From Zootoca vivipara (taxonomy: Eukaryota), in assembly GCF_963506605.1 (NCBI RefSeq), contig NC_083284.1, positions 21,638,001-21,702,000 on the forward strand: a DNA stretch of 64,000 bases, given 5' to 3'. How positions within the stretch are numbered: position 1 is the stretch's first letter; each line of letters opens with the position of its first letter. This document shows, in pieces, positions 40,249-52,560 of this stretch. Position numbers and translations under genes: made by a program. The notes under the pieces are model-generated. The model had not been told where the DNA came from. It saw only the letters and a list, made by a program, of their open reading frames with translations, and did not search any database.

Positions 40249-40676
40249 TAAGGGTAGGAGAAGTAATAAATAATTGTACATGCAATTTACATTGCAAAAA
40301 GAGAGAAATCCCACTGAAATGAGTGAAAGTTTCTCTCCCTCTCTGTTCTTTGCAATGCAAATTGTAGACATTTGTGGGTGGGGGTAGAGCGGACTATGTC
40401 TGCAATGTGGTTCAAAGAATGAAAGTGCCTTCCTGTCTTCAGTGGTAGTGTCTTGATCTGGACCCCTCGCTAGCAATTTGTAAGCAGGAAAATTGCACTC
40501 CCTGGCAGAACTATGCAATTGAGAACACATGTAGTTTGGCCCTTAGGTTAAGATTAATGCAACACAATGGTAAGGAGCAGCACCTTGTGCTGTGGGGGCC
40601 TTCCCCCTCCCTTCCCCTGGCCCTCTGGAGCAGATTTGTGGAGGTGGGGAGAGGGAGCAAATTGAAGTAGTAGTAG

Positions 40677-41015
40677 TAATAATAATAATAATTTTATTTA
40701 TACCCCACCCTTCCCAGTCAAGACCGGGCTCAGGGCGGCTAACAACAAAAATATCAAAACTAGCATAAAAGAAACAATTCAATTAAAATATAGATTAAAT
40801 ACAATGTTAAAATTCAATTTTAAAATGGGAATCTACAAGTGGGACCTCATTTAAATATCTGTAGGATAAAACCTTAGGGGAGGGTAACACTGGGGTCAGA
40901 CTGAGTCAGTCCAAAGTCCAAGCGGAACAGCTCTGTCTTGCAGGCCCTATGAAAAGATGACAACTTCCGCTGGCCCCTAGTCTCCTGAGAGAGAGCGTTC
41001 CACCCCATCGGGGCT
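40677..41015 (-). mobile_element. L2 LINE 3' fragment
   Basis: tttatttataccccacccttccc...ggctcagggcggct tail; agtagtagt on both flanks. Confidence 0.75.
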
Positions 41016-41933
41016 AGTAGTAGTTCTGCTCACACATTTATTTAGCTGAATACCACCCAGTAATCATTGGTAAAAGCTGCAGGAGGAATAGTACAATAAA
41101 TTGGATTGTGTATCACATTCTGTTTCAGCAGTTTTACTTGCTTCTAGCTAAAAAAAAATTCCACAAACCTAACGTGGATTACCTAATGCCTTATAATTAG
41201 CTAAGCTAATGGGATACAAATAAAAATTGTTGCTGTTGTTGTTGCTGCTGCTGTTGTTGCTGTTGCTGTTGCATTAGGGCTTCTGATTTGGACTGTAGTC
41301 ATCTCGAATCTTGCATGCATGCTTTTTCACAGCAGAGCTTCTCTGCCGTGGTTCTTTCCCCTGACTTAGGCATTCAATCCTTTATTGGAGGCTGTAAGAA
41401 GGCGCCAGTCACAGGCAAAGGAAGAGGTGCCATTTCAAACCAAATTATTTTCCTCAAATGGTTATTGTTCACTTGGTATCAAGCCACTGTTCCATTTGTA
41501 TTACAGCAAGGATGAGGAATCTGTGGCCTTTCAGAAGATGCCAGACTATAAATCCCATTTTCCCCAACCATTGGCCATACACACTGGAGCTGATGGGACT
41601 TGTAGTCCAACAATACCTGGAAAGCTGCAGGTCCTCCACACCTGTATTATAGGTTGTGTCTGAGTTAGGGATGGGGGAGAACTTGGATTCAGCCTGCATT
41701 TAAAGATACCTGATTCACACTTTCTGAAACAAGACGCAAACTGAAAGACAACCATCTTTTGAAATTCGCACTTCCCTGAATACTGCAACTCCACTCAGTA
41801 GTTTGCAGTAGGAGATTTTGTTTCCTATTTGTTAACCTGTTAGGAGTCTATTGCCTTGAAAACAAAAGTGGACACACCTTAATTTGTTTGGTTAAATCTC
41901 TCTTGCCCCCCCTCTTGCTAAAAAAAAATGCAG

Positions 41934-42077
41934 ATAAAGAAGAAGTCCAAAGAAAACGACAGAAGCTCATGCCTAACTTCTCAGATGGTTACGGCGGAAG
42001 CGGTGCCGGTGCGGGAGGTGGTGGAATGTATGGAGGAGGAGGAGGAGGTGGAGGTGTTGGAGGTGGTGCCGGATCAG
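41934..42077 (+). CDS. NFKB1: NFKB1 exon 12, [18 protein letters not shown] plus glycine-rich region
   Basis: 144 nt, tgcag| ... CAG|gtaaaa; NLS RKRQK and GRR. Confidence 0.98.
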
Positions 42078-42903
42078 GTAAAAACAATTGACAACTGAAG
42101 TGACCAATGAGATGCACATTTTTGAGATGTTCTCCTTGACTAGTGAAATGCCCATCATTATGAGTTGTATAAGGCAGGTGACTTTATACGCTGCAAGGAT
42201 TCTTGGTGGGTACTGTGTATCTCCTTCTCATACAGAAACACATGGTGCTCTCTCCCTTATGTTCCTTGATCCCTGTATGATCCTTTTCTAATCCAGGCCA
42301 ATATCAGGATTAGGAAAGGGGAAAAAAGCTCCTGCTCTCACCACCAGTTTCCCCAAGTGCCAAGCTTTCTCCTTGTAGAGGATGGTTAAGCCCTAAATTG
42401 GGACACTAAATTTATCCACAGTATAAAGCCATGCTTGCTAATGGGGGTTCCAGTATTGTCTGCTGCTCCCAGATAAGTGGGGTGGATTTTTTTAAATATC
42501 TTTTGATGGAAGTATATTCCTCACGTGATTGCTAGTATGGCCAATTCCTAAGAGAAGAGATTGGCTCCCATTCTTACAATTGCATTACAAGCACATGTGG
42601 TTAGTTGCAAGCATTGTATGCTTGCACTGTATATTATTATAAAATACATCGAAGGGGCATTTTCTAGGCATCTAAACATGTGTTAGCTGCCTTGAGAAAA
42701 GAGTTGAGAAAAAATTTAATGGAGCTGCTCAGTTTTTTGGGTTTTTTTGTTTTTTTGAGATAAAAATACTGTTATTTATATCCTACCTTTTCATCCATGG
42801 AATGGAAAGAGATGCATGTAAGAAGACCTTCCAAGCTGCCTATTTAAAACTTGGCATTTTATTGGTTGTTTGCTAGTGAATACTTTTTGTGTATTTATCT
42901 GGG

Positions 42904-43033
42904 NNNNNNNNNNNNNNNNNNNNNNNNNNNNNNNNNNNNNNNNNNNNNNNNNNNNNNNNNNNNNNNNNNNNNNNNNNNNNNNNNNNNNNNNNNNNNNNNN
43001 NNNNNNNNNNNNNNNNNNNNNNNNNNNNNNNNN
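42904..43033. other. Assembly gap (130 N) covering the exon 13 acceptor
   Basis: Run of N directly followed by exon 13 sequence. Confidence 1.
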
Positions 43034-43120
43034 GATACCCATCCTATGGGTTTTCTGGTTATGGGCATTCAATGCACTTCCATTCCAGCACAAACAAGAC
43101 TGGTGCAGGAATGAAGCATG
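43034..43120 (+). CDS. NFKB1: NFKB1 exon 13 (5' boundary in gap), ..YPSYGFSGYGHSMHFHSSTNKTGAGMKH(G)
   Basis: Conserved YPSYG...AGMKHG; donor ATG|gtaagc, phase 1. Confidence 0.92.
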
Positions 43121-43671
43121 GTAAGCATCAAATAGTGTGGGGGGGTTTTATTTTAAAAAATATGTTGAATTCAATTAATTTAATTTAATGCATGCTTTAA
43201 TATCAACAAAATACGTATCACTGCTATGTAGTACTTAAGAAACATAAACTGGATTTCTCATATGATTGGTTTTATATATTTTATTACTACTAGTAGTACT
43301 ACTACTACTACTACTATTTAGTTGCATCCATCTACATTGCCCTTTAGAAAGAACTGGTTTGATAGGTCTCTACCACAAGTGGCTTCAAATCTAAAAATAT
43401 AGACAACGGAAACCAAGAAGGGATGGAATGGAGACAGACAGAAGAGACAGGAAGAATGTGCAAAGATTGCAACAACATGTATTAGAGTTCATTACATGAG
43501 AGTGGGTGGACACAAAGTGTTTCACATATTAATAAATTGCCAGTGTGTGAATTTTCAAGAGTTGGGAAATATTATCAGATGCCTTTTGCTTGTACATGAG
43601 TTTGTTCCCAATTTTAAGCCTGGGCAGGTTGAAGCTGTTTATAAATACATATTCTGATGCTGAATTCTGTC

Positions 43672-43672
<1 letters not shown>

Positions 43673-43712
<40 letters not shown>
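43673..43712. repeat. (TTA)n microsatellite
   Basis: About 13 units upstream of exon 14. Confidence 0.95.
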
Positions 43713-43713
<1 letters not shown>

Positions 43714-43794
43714 GCTTTTTTGTTTTAATTTTGTTTTGTTTTACTTAACTGGTATGGGAAGAGTAAGCTAAATACTAAATACTTCTCTTTTAAG

Positions 43795-43971
43795 GACTGT
43801 CAGGTGGCATGCCAAAAAACGATGGTGAAATGTGCTGCAACAAAAAACGCAGTGTGAAATTCAAGGAAAAAGTGGAGGAGGATGAGAAAAGCAAAACCAG
43901 AACTAGCACAACTCCCAAAGAAGTTGAAGAAGATGCCTTACCATGTTATGATGCAGACATTTGTTTACAAG
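43795..43971 (+). CDS. NFKB1: NFKB1 exon 14, divergent linker LSGGMPKNDGEMCCNK...DADICLQ
   Basis: ttctcttttaag| ... AAG|gtacac; 177 nt, open, phase 1 to 1 as the neighbouring exons require; charged, poorly conserved linker. Confidence 0.8.
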
Positions 43972-44207
43972 GTACACAGTAACTGGCAGACAACTTTTGA
44001 TTTTGTTCTAAACTAGGAAGGAGAAATTTGGGTCAGGCTTGAACTCTTACGTACTTCAAAAGTGGCCATGTTTGATCTGTTTTGGAACTAGTGCGAGAGT
44101 AGAGCTACTCCTGAAGCTCCCCATCATTCTTCTCCTGCTCAGATTAAAATCTGAGCTCAAGAGGAATTCCTAGCAGGGAGGGAATCCTGGAATCTTGCCG
44201 TTCATGA

Positions 44208-44495
<288 letters not shown>

Positions 44496-45542
44496 TAAGT
44501 CTGGGACACCAATCCCCTCTTTAGCATGAGCTTCTGTAACATGATAGAGGACAATTTTGCATAAGAAATTCCCTTCAAGTTCCTGAAAGTGTCCTAGGAG
44601 GGGGGGGGTCCTCTCTTTAGTCTCCAGTTCTGTGCGTGCTTAGCTTAGAGCAAATCCTACTGAATTCAGTGAGATTTCCAAGTAAACATGTGCACTGTTG
44701 TTTTTAACAATTCTTCCTGTGTGATAAATGTCATATTCTACTCCTGAGATGATGCAAGAATGGAAAGTAGAAGTTCCAAAATGAGGATGCATTCCAGTGA
44801 TTTATTGTAGGTGTTTCTCATTTAGAAACAGAAGCAAAATGGTTTGACTCCCCTTTTGACTTCTGGAGCAGATAAAATCCATCCTGGCCCTTTTCCAGCA
44901 TTCCTCAAGAATTCAGGCTCTTGCAGTTCCTTCCCTCACGACTGATTCCAGCCAACTTCTCTTGCAGAATATCTGTTTGGAGAAGAGGCGGGGAATACAA
45001 AGAGAAGGTGGGACTCTCACAAAAACAGCTGTCCAAGGGGGGTGGTAGTGTTGAGACTTGCTTTTACTATCACCATCCTTTGAAAATTTGGGAGGTTCAC
45101 TCTTCAGGAGGCCTGCCAAGTCCTGTGATGAGGAGCTCCAACTTCCCAGGCTACTCCATTAAAGTCATATCAGGATGTGGTCTCAGAAGAAGGGTGACTT
45201 GCCACAGGGATCCTTGTCTGAACCTCTAGAGCAGGAATGGGGGCCGAATTTGTGGGCCAAATGCAGTCCTCCAGGCCTCTTTACCAGGCCTCCAGGACAC
45301 ACTCCTCATGAGCCTTACACCCTTTACCAGCCCTGCTTCACACTGACCTCCGGAATGTGTTGGATGCTCTTGCTTTACTTCATGGAGGCTAGAAAGGGGT
45401 GCATGTGTATAGGAAGTAGCCTACTGTACAAAGTTAAAATCCACATTCATTGTGCTGCAAACTTGGACCTCTGGCCCTGGCTGCCAATGACATTTGCCTC
45501 CCTAGAGTTAAACAGGTCCCTCACCCCTTCTAATGTATCCCA

Positions 45543-45984
45543 TGTCAGGAAAAGGCCTACTTACGAGTAGGACCCTGGCAGAGACACATGCCCGGCTGGC
45601 ATGTTCTCCCCCTCCTGAGCGATCGTTCGGGAGCTTCATAAGCATTCTCCAGCCCGAACATCACAGCGACTGATGTCAGACGAACACCAGCACACTTCAC
45701 AGATACGCAGAGGTTTGTGCAGTTGCATAACAGACTCAGTAGCACAGCATTTGGCTAAACTACTTTATTTACATAGAAACACACTCGGAGCTCCTCATCA
45801 TGGCTTCCTTTCTCTCTAGCATCAGACAGCAAAGAGAAAGAACAAAGGAACAACAGTCCCACTTAGGAACACAGTAAGACAAACATCCTGTTTACGTCAC
45901 TTCCACTCTGTGGAATGAAAACACATACAGTCATATGATACACAATAAACCTATGACTGCACACGGGGAATGAATCTCCCAACA
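45543..45984 (-). mobile_element. Probable solo LTR
   Basis: TG...CA ends (tgtcagga / tcccaaca); flanks tccca / tcccc; AATAAA on the minus strand at about 45764. Confidence 0.55.
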
Positions 45985-46466
45985 TCCCCACTACCCCACC
46001 CACCCGTCATAATTGATTCCTTGTACCAGCCTTCTACAATAATGCTTGCCATGGCAAGCATGACAACACCATCCAGTGAATGTGAAGGACAGCAAGCCTT
46101 CCTTGCAATTTTTTGAAGCTGCAGGGTCTTCACATCAGCTTCCTACCATTCCCCACCCCATTCTTAGCTTCAAGGTTGGCCTGACCCTTTGCTTCTCTGG
46201 GGCAAATAAAGGATATTGGGGGAGCATCTTGGCTACCGCTCAGTGGCCGTTCTCTTAAGAACTGCTGCCACGTATCTGCTAAAGCCTGCACAGCCCCTGC
46301 TGATCTACTTCCTGTGGGAAAAAGAAGCAGGGCAGATTCTCCTTTAGCTGCCCCTCCACAGAGGGACCAGTAGTTCCATGGCTGTGCAATGGCTGATGCC
46401 TGCACATTCCCCGCCTCTTTTCTGTGGGAAGGAGAAGAGGGGAGACTTCTTCAGAAGACAAACTCA

Positions 46467-46608
46467 AGCTCAGTTGGTTAGAGTGTGATGCTGATAACGC
46501 CAAAGTTGCAGGTTCAGTCTCCAGACAGCTGCATAATCCTGCATTGCACGCGGTTGGACTAGATGACTAGATGAGTTGCTTCCATCTCTACAATTTTATG
46601 AACTCTGA
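46467..46608 (+). mobile_element. Short SINE with tRNA-Ile-like head and CR1-type tail
   Basis: agctcagttggttagag..gctgataacgccaa..gttgcaggttc followed by ttggactagatga...ttccatctctacaattttatga. Confidence 0.75.
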
Positions 46609-47232
46609 GCCCCTTTCCTGAGCAGTGTCCAGAGCTGAAATTCCTCCACTTGGCTTTGCAAGGGCTTCCTTTGCTGTTTGTGGGAAGCACTTGGCAGCCC
46701 CAAATTGCATGTCCCTATTGTTTACTCCATGCTTTGGTCCACCAGATTGCAATGCTCTGGGGAGGCAGTTCCCTCCCCTAAGATCCAATGAGATGTATTC
46801 CCAAAGGAAGGGAAAGCATTCACTTAGGTGCAGGGTTTAATTATCTATTGCAGAGGTTTTCAAACTTCCTGTTTTCAGGGATTGCTTTCCACACCGATTC
46901 ATCTGCTGAGGGACCCCTGTGTGTAGGTAGAGGATGTTGCAGACTAACGAGTGTGCTAGGATGCACACTTAGTTCATGTAGGATGGGCCTCACTGTTTTA
47001 CCCCATTTGAACTGATAGTACACTCAAAAATATGCTGGCCACTCCTGTGTGGCAAGGTGATCGTGGCAAGCTTGCTGCCTTTCATGCTGTCTGCCATAAC
47101 TGTGGTCGTTGAGGAAACCCTTGATACGCTTCCATTGAACCTATGGGCTCCCCAGTACATAGTTTCAGAAAATCAGTGGTCTAAACGGGAACTTCACAAT
47201 AACTCTCCAATAGGAGCCCATAGCTCATGATA

Positions 47233-48008
47233 AGAACCTTTTAATGAGGGTGAAAGAACATTTTAATGAGGGTGAAAGAGGAGAGGGCAAAATATGGTCT
47301 GAAGCTCAACATCAAAAAAACCAAGATCATGGCCACTGGTCCCATCACCTCCTGGCAAATAGAAGGGGAAGAAATGGAGGTAGTGAGAGATTTTACTTTC
47401 TTGGGCTCCTTGATCACTGCAGATGGTGACAGCAGTCACGAAATTAAAAGACGCCTGCTTCTTGGGAGAAAAGCAATGACAAACCTAGACAGCATCTTAA
47501 AAAGCAGAGACATCACCTTGCCTACAAAGGTCCGTATAGTTAAAGCTATGGTTTTCCCAGTAGTGATGTATGGAAGTGAGAGCTGGACCATAAAGAAGGC
47601 TGATCGCCGAAGAATTGATGCTTTTGAATTCTGGTGCTGGAGGAGACTCTTGAGAGTCCCATGGACTGCAAGAAGATCAAACATCTCCATTCTGAAGGAA
47701 ATCAGCCCTGAGTGCTCCCTGGAAGGACAGATCCTGAAGCTGAGGCTCCAATACTTTGGCCACCTCATGAGAAGAGAAGACTCCCTGGAAACGACCCTGA
47801 TGTTGGGAAAGATTGAGGGCACTAGGAGAAGGGGACGACAGAGGACAAGATGGTTGGACAGTGTTCTCGAAGCTATGAACATGAGTTTGACCAAACTGCG
47901 GGAGGCAGTGGAAGACAGGAGTGCCTGGCGTGCTATGGCCCATGGGGTCACAAAGAGTCGGACACGACTAAACGACTAAACAACAACAACAACAACAACA
48001 CCAACAAC
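47233..48008 (+). mobile_element. RTE-BovB LINE, 5'-truncated; open 237-codon RT C-terminal frame (47266-47979)
   Basis: GLKLNIKKTKIM, KAMVFPVVMYGSESWT, IDAFEFWCWRRLLRVPW motifs; (caa)n tail; TSD agctcatgata. Confidence 0.97.
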
Positions 48009-48725
48009 AGCTCATGATATGCATGTAAAAGTCCAGCTCCTGGAATGCCCAGATAGAAGAGAGATCCTTTATCTGAGAGAGAGCTACTGCTAATTAGAGT
48101 AGACAGTAGAGAAGGCAAGCAAGAAGTCTCTGACCAGCCCACTTCCTTGCTTTGATTCAAGCTTTGATTCAGAATCTTGCACAATCCTGGGTTGGCTGCT
48201 ACCCTGGGTTTCTGCTCAAGCCTTATCCCACTGACTTCCCTGGGTCTATCCCTGTAATATCCATCCAACAGACTGCCAGTGAATCTCACCACTTGCAGCA
48301 TGGGTTTCTTCCCTGAACACATTCTTGGACAAGGACGGGATGGGAAATTCCCTTTTCTGAGGAAAGAACACCCTTAGTATTAGTCAGCACATCTCTGCCT
48401 AGAGGGATATGTTGCAATATAACTGTGGCTCTGTAGAGCAAGGAGGAAAGCATTTGGTAATAGGTTTCAGAGTACCTATTCTGCAAATTAAAATCTAGCA
48501 CATTGTCCAAGCTCAACCTCTGCGTTCCAAGGTTGTATTAAATTTTCAGGAAGGCTGTGTTACATTCCTGAAATTTCCTTTCACCCTGAAGACTCAGCAA
48601 AGTATAAACCTACCTAAGCTTTTTCCAGAGGCAGTGCAGGACATTTTTAAAAGTTGTCTTGTCTTTTGTATGTGTGTGTGTGTTTAAGTTATTACAAGTA
48701 TTTAAATCAAGCTACAAGTCATACA

Positions 48726-49062
48726 GGGACGCGGGTGGCGCTGTGGTTTTAACCACTGAGCCTAGGGCTTGCCAATCAGAAGGTCGGCGGTTCGAATCCC
48801 CACGACGGGGTGAGCTCCTGTTGCTCGGTCCCTGCTCCTGCCAACCTAGCAGTCCAAAAGCACATCAAAGCACATTTACCTCCGGCAGGGAAGGTAAATG
48901 GCGTTTCCGTGTGCTGCTCTGGTTGACCAGAAGCGGCTTAGTCATGCTGCCCACATGACCCGGAAGCTGTACGGCGGCTCCCTCGGCCAGTAAAGCAAGA
49001 TGAGCGCCACAACCCCAGAGTCAGTCATGACTGGACCTAATGGTCAGGCGTCCCTTTACCTT
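48726..49062 (+). mobile_element. Sauria SINE
   Basis: TSD tacaagtc(a/g)taca. Confidence 0.95.
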
Positions 49063-49293
49063 TACAAGTCGTACAATACTGTTGCTGCCAGAATTGAATT
49101 TAGCACAGCAGTGATCTAAAAGTATCAAATAACTGAAACTTACAAATAGTATCGAACTCTGTGTTATTCAGCACTGGTTGGGGAATGAAAACATGCAGGA
49201 TACAGATGTAGACATGGGCTTACAATGAAAACCAATGTAAAATGAATGCTGCTGTATTTCATGGGGGGGACCTTGATTTCTAAGCTCCTAATG

Positions 49294-49429
49294 CAGGCAT
49301 CCCCAAACTTCGGCCCTCCAGATGTTTTGGACTACAATTCCCATCATCCCTGACCACTGGTCCTGTTAGCTAGGGATCATGGGAGTTGTAGGCCAAAACA
49401 TCTGGAGGGCCGCAGTTTGGGGAAGCCTG
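49294..49429. mobile_element. 136-bp fold-back hAT MITE
   Basis: Perfect TSD tcctaatg. Confidence 0.92.
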
Positions 49430-49708
49430 TCCTAATGTAATTGCTAACCAAATTAAGGCAGCATTCTGCTGGCCAGTCTTTATGATACTCATTGGTGTCC
49501 CAATTGGGGGGTGGCATGGGGGGAGGGGCCCAAATAGGTCATGGGCTGACGTAGGGTGGGTGGGGGAGAGAGGACGGGATACCTCATGGGTCGCTACAGG
49601 ATGGGAGTAAACACAGGGATGAGACACAACCGGGGGGGAGGGAAAAACACATAGTCCAGGGGGAAATGGACACATCCTCCCCCTTTCCTGGGAAACATTG
49701 ACCCTGAG

Positions 49709-49798
49709 CATAGCTGTCAAGTTTTCCCTTTTCTCACGAGGAAGCCTATTCAGCATAAGGGAATTTCCCTTAAAAAAAGGGAGAACTTGACAGCTATG
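49709..49798. mobile_element. 90-bp hAT-like MITE (copy 2), contains GGGAATTTCC
   Basis: TIR catagctgtcaagtt / aacttgacagctatg; TSD ac(c/t)ctgag. Confidence 0.85.
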
Positions 49799-50419
49799 AC
49801 TCTGAGTAAGGCACAGCAACGCGTCATGGATCGTCACAGGGTGGGGGCAGCCACAGGGATAACCCACAGCAATGCATGGGAGGGTCAACTAGTTCTGTAT
49901 AAAAATGGAGATAGCTTCATGTTCAGCCCAAAATTAGCGAATTCCTAAGGGAAAGAACAATTCCTCTGGTACTGTTTAGGAACAGCCGTGAGACTTACAA
50001 AACATGTTTCACTCTAAAACCATGATGCATTGAACACTTTGCAAACCAAAATTGTTTATTATTAAAACTCTGTTTACAAGACAGGCTTACAGTGGTTTTA
50101 CACACACACACACACACACACACGTACACGTACACACATTTCACACAGTTTTCATAACATGCACAAATGTTAGCCACATGTCGATGGTAATGAAATACTT
50201 TTGAAACTGAATTGGTGAGAGCATATAGCCCTCCAGCTTGTTAGTGGACTCCAATTCCCATCATCCATGATCCATTGGCCTTGCTGGATGAGGCTGATGG
50301 AAAACGGAGTGCAGCAGCACCAACACATCCATGCCGTAAATACCTCTTTCCCTATCTGTTTTACATTGTGTAGCTTAATATATATATTTCTTTCCCCATC
50401 CCCCTTTGTTCAATATCAG

Positions 50420-50534
50420 CGTACTTCACTTAGCAATTATTCATCTTCATAAGGAGCTGGTGAGGAACCTCCTAGAAGTGGTAGCAGATCTGAATGCTGA
50501 TGATGTCCTCAATGTGAGAAACGACCTTTACCAG
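50420..50534 (+). CDS. NFKB1: NFKB1 exon 16, [15 protein letters not shown]...RNDLYQ (ankyrin repeat 1)
   Basis: 115 nt, atcag| ... CAG|gtatgg. Confidence 0.98.
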
Positions 50535-51464
50535 GTATGGAAACCGTGGGGAGGACGATCCTCTGCTTTAGCATCTTTTGCTCTTACTGATGACTCTTCA
50601 AGAACCATGCAATGTATTGCAAAATTCGGAGAACGGTGAATTTCAATGGATGCACATGAATATCTGCCTGCGCTTTGTTTTGGAAAGAGTGAATTAGGTT
50701 GATTTGCCTATAAACACAAGCTGGATTCAGTTTCTCCTCCATCCCTACCTGTGGAATGCTTTGACAGACACTGCAGGGAGGCAGTGCTGAGGAGTCAAAT
50801 GACATGGGTCCCAAAGAGTCTAATGAAAGATGCCTCACTATCTAATCTCTCTGGCTGCTCAACTCATGTGAATCAACCCACGTTGCCTTTTGTACTCATT
50901 GTAAGACAGGGATGAGGAAAATATGTATTTTTGCCCCACCCAACGTGGGTGATAATTGGGGATTATCCTTGTTTTAAGTATGACAAGGGCGTATTGAACA
51001 TTGATCAGGTTAATCTGGGGAAATCCTTTTTTTCCCCTTTCTGTATTGCATTTGTTTGTTACATTTAAACTCAGCCTTTCTATAAAAAGATGTCCAGGGT
51101 GGCTTACAAAGTCCAATAAATAAATAACACTACAATAAATATCAAAAGGAAACTGTGTAAGAATCAGGTTAGAGCAAAAAATAAAAATTAAGATTGGCAA
51201 CCAGTTGGGTGGCACTCAACTAAGCTTTACTCAGAGTAAACCCACTGAAATTAATGTTCATGAGTACATTTGGTTCATTAATTGCAATAGATCTGCTGAG
51301 TAAAACTTACTTGAATACCAGCCAATGAAAATAAATGCAGAGCATATTTTGTGGATGTTTTGCTTGGTACTGGGATTTTTTTTTGGTAACTGATACAGTT
51401 GTATGAATGGTGTTTATGATTATCACGGCCTTTGGGTGATTCCTATTTTCTTTTCTTTTTGCAG

Positions 51465-51666
51465 ACTCCCTTGCACTTGGCTGTTATCACAAAGCAGGCA
51501 GGAGTGGTGAAGGACTTGCTTAGAGCTGGGGCAGATGTGAGCCTCTTGGATCGCTATGGCAATTCGGTCTTGCATCTAGCAGCCAAGCAAGGAGACGAGA
51601 AGGTGTTGAGTATGCTGCTTAGCCACAAAGAGACCTCGCTGATGAGAGACCTTCCTAATGGGGAAG
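51465..51666 (+). CDS. NFKB1: NFKB1 exon 17, [11 protein letters not shown]...DLPNGE (ankyrin repeats)
   Basis: 202 nt, tgcag| ... AAG|gtaggc, phase 0 to 1. Confidence 0.98.
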
Positions 51667-52194
51667 GTAGGCAGATGACACGAGCAATTTTTACTATATG
51701 TCTCTCAAACTCTAGGATCTGGCAGCTTATGCAGAACATAGCATTTTATCAGTCACTTCTTCAGGACAGATGTCTGATTCAGTCTCAGTGTTGTCAATCG
51801 GCAGATGGGCTGTTGCATCAAAACACATGCAAATTTATTCCAGATGCATGTTTTATATACTATGTCATCAGTGTACATGGTGATTTTCCGAGTTTTGTAC
51901 ATAAACAGCAGCAGCAAACCAAAACTATAACAGGAAGTCAGGCTTCTGCTCTAAAGCAGCTTGCAACCTAAAGTCAACAGTGGAGAAGAGTAACTGCAGG
52001 AAGGGAGTGGCAGAATCATTGTGTCAATCTCCCACATAAATAACCAGGCAGAAGCTGCAGAAAGCCAAGTACCACTGCCTCTCAACTTATCTCCCCCTCC
52101 CCCTATTACTTTTTTCATTAGGGTTTTTTTTCCTTCATTTAAAAAATGTTACATTCATAGTCCTGGTTTCCAAAAAATGTTTATTTATTAAACT

Positions 52195-52560
52195 TAGAAT
52201 CATAGAGTTGGAAGGGGACCCCAAGGGACAACTAGTCCAACCCCAAACAATGAAGGAATCTCAGCTAAAGCATCCATGAAAGATGGCCATCCAACCTCTG
52301 CTTTAAAACCTCCAAGGAAGGAGAGTCCACAACATCCCGAGGGAGTCTATTGCACAGTTGAACAGCTGTCACTTTTTCTGATGTTTAGACAGAATCTCCT
52401 TGTAACTTGAAGCCATTGATTCGAGTCCTACCCACCAGAGCAGGAGAGAACAAGCTTGTTCTTTCTTCCATGTGACAACTCTTGAGATATTTGAATATGG
52501 CTATCATATCTTCTTTCAGTCTCCTCTTTTCCATGCTAAACATACCCAACTTGGTTTCCA
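52195..52560 (-). mobile_element. CR1 LINE 3' fragment
   Basis: Minus-strand LGMFSMEKRRLKEDMIAIFKYLK; tagaatcatagagttggaag tail. Confidence 0.9.

Noticed and set aside
46467-46530. tRNA-Ile-like sequence
   Set aside because: No intact acceptor or T stem, and it runs into a CR1-type tail, so it is a SINE head and not a tRNA gene.
47436-47951. 171-aa minus-strand ORF
   Set aside because: Antisense shadow of the BovB RT frame; the same shadow appears at the other BovB copy.
51667-51971. ORF continuing about 100 codons past exon 17
   Set aside because: Ankyrin similarity stops at the donor; the read-through is unremarkable intron sequence.
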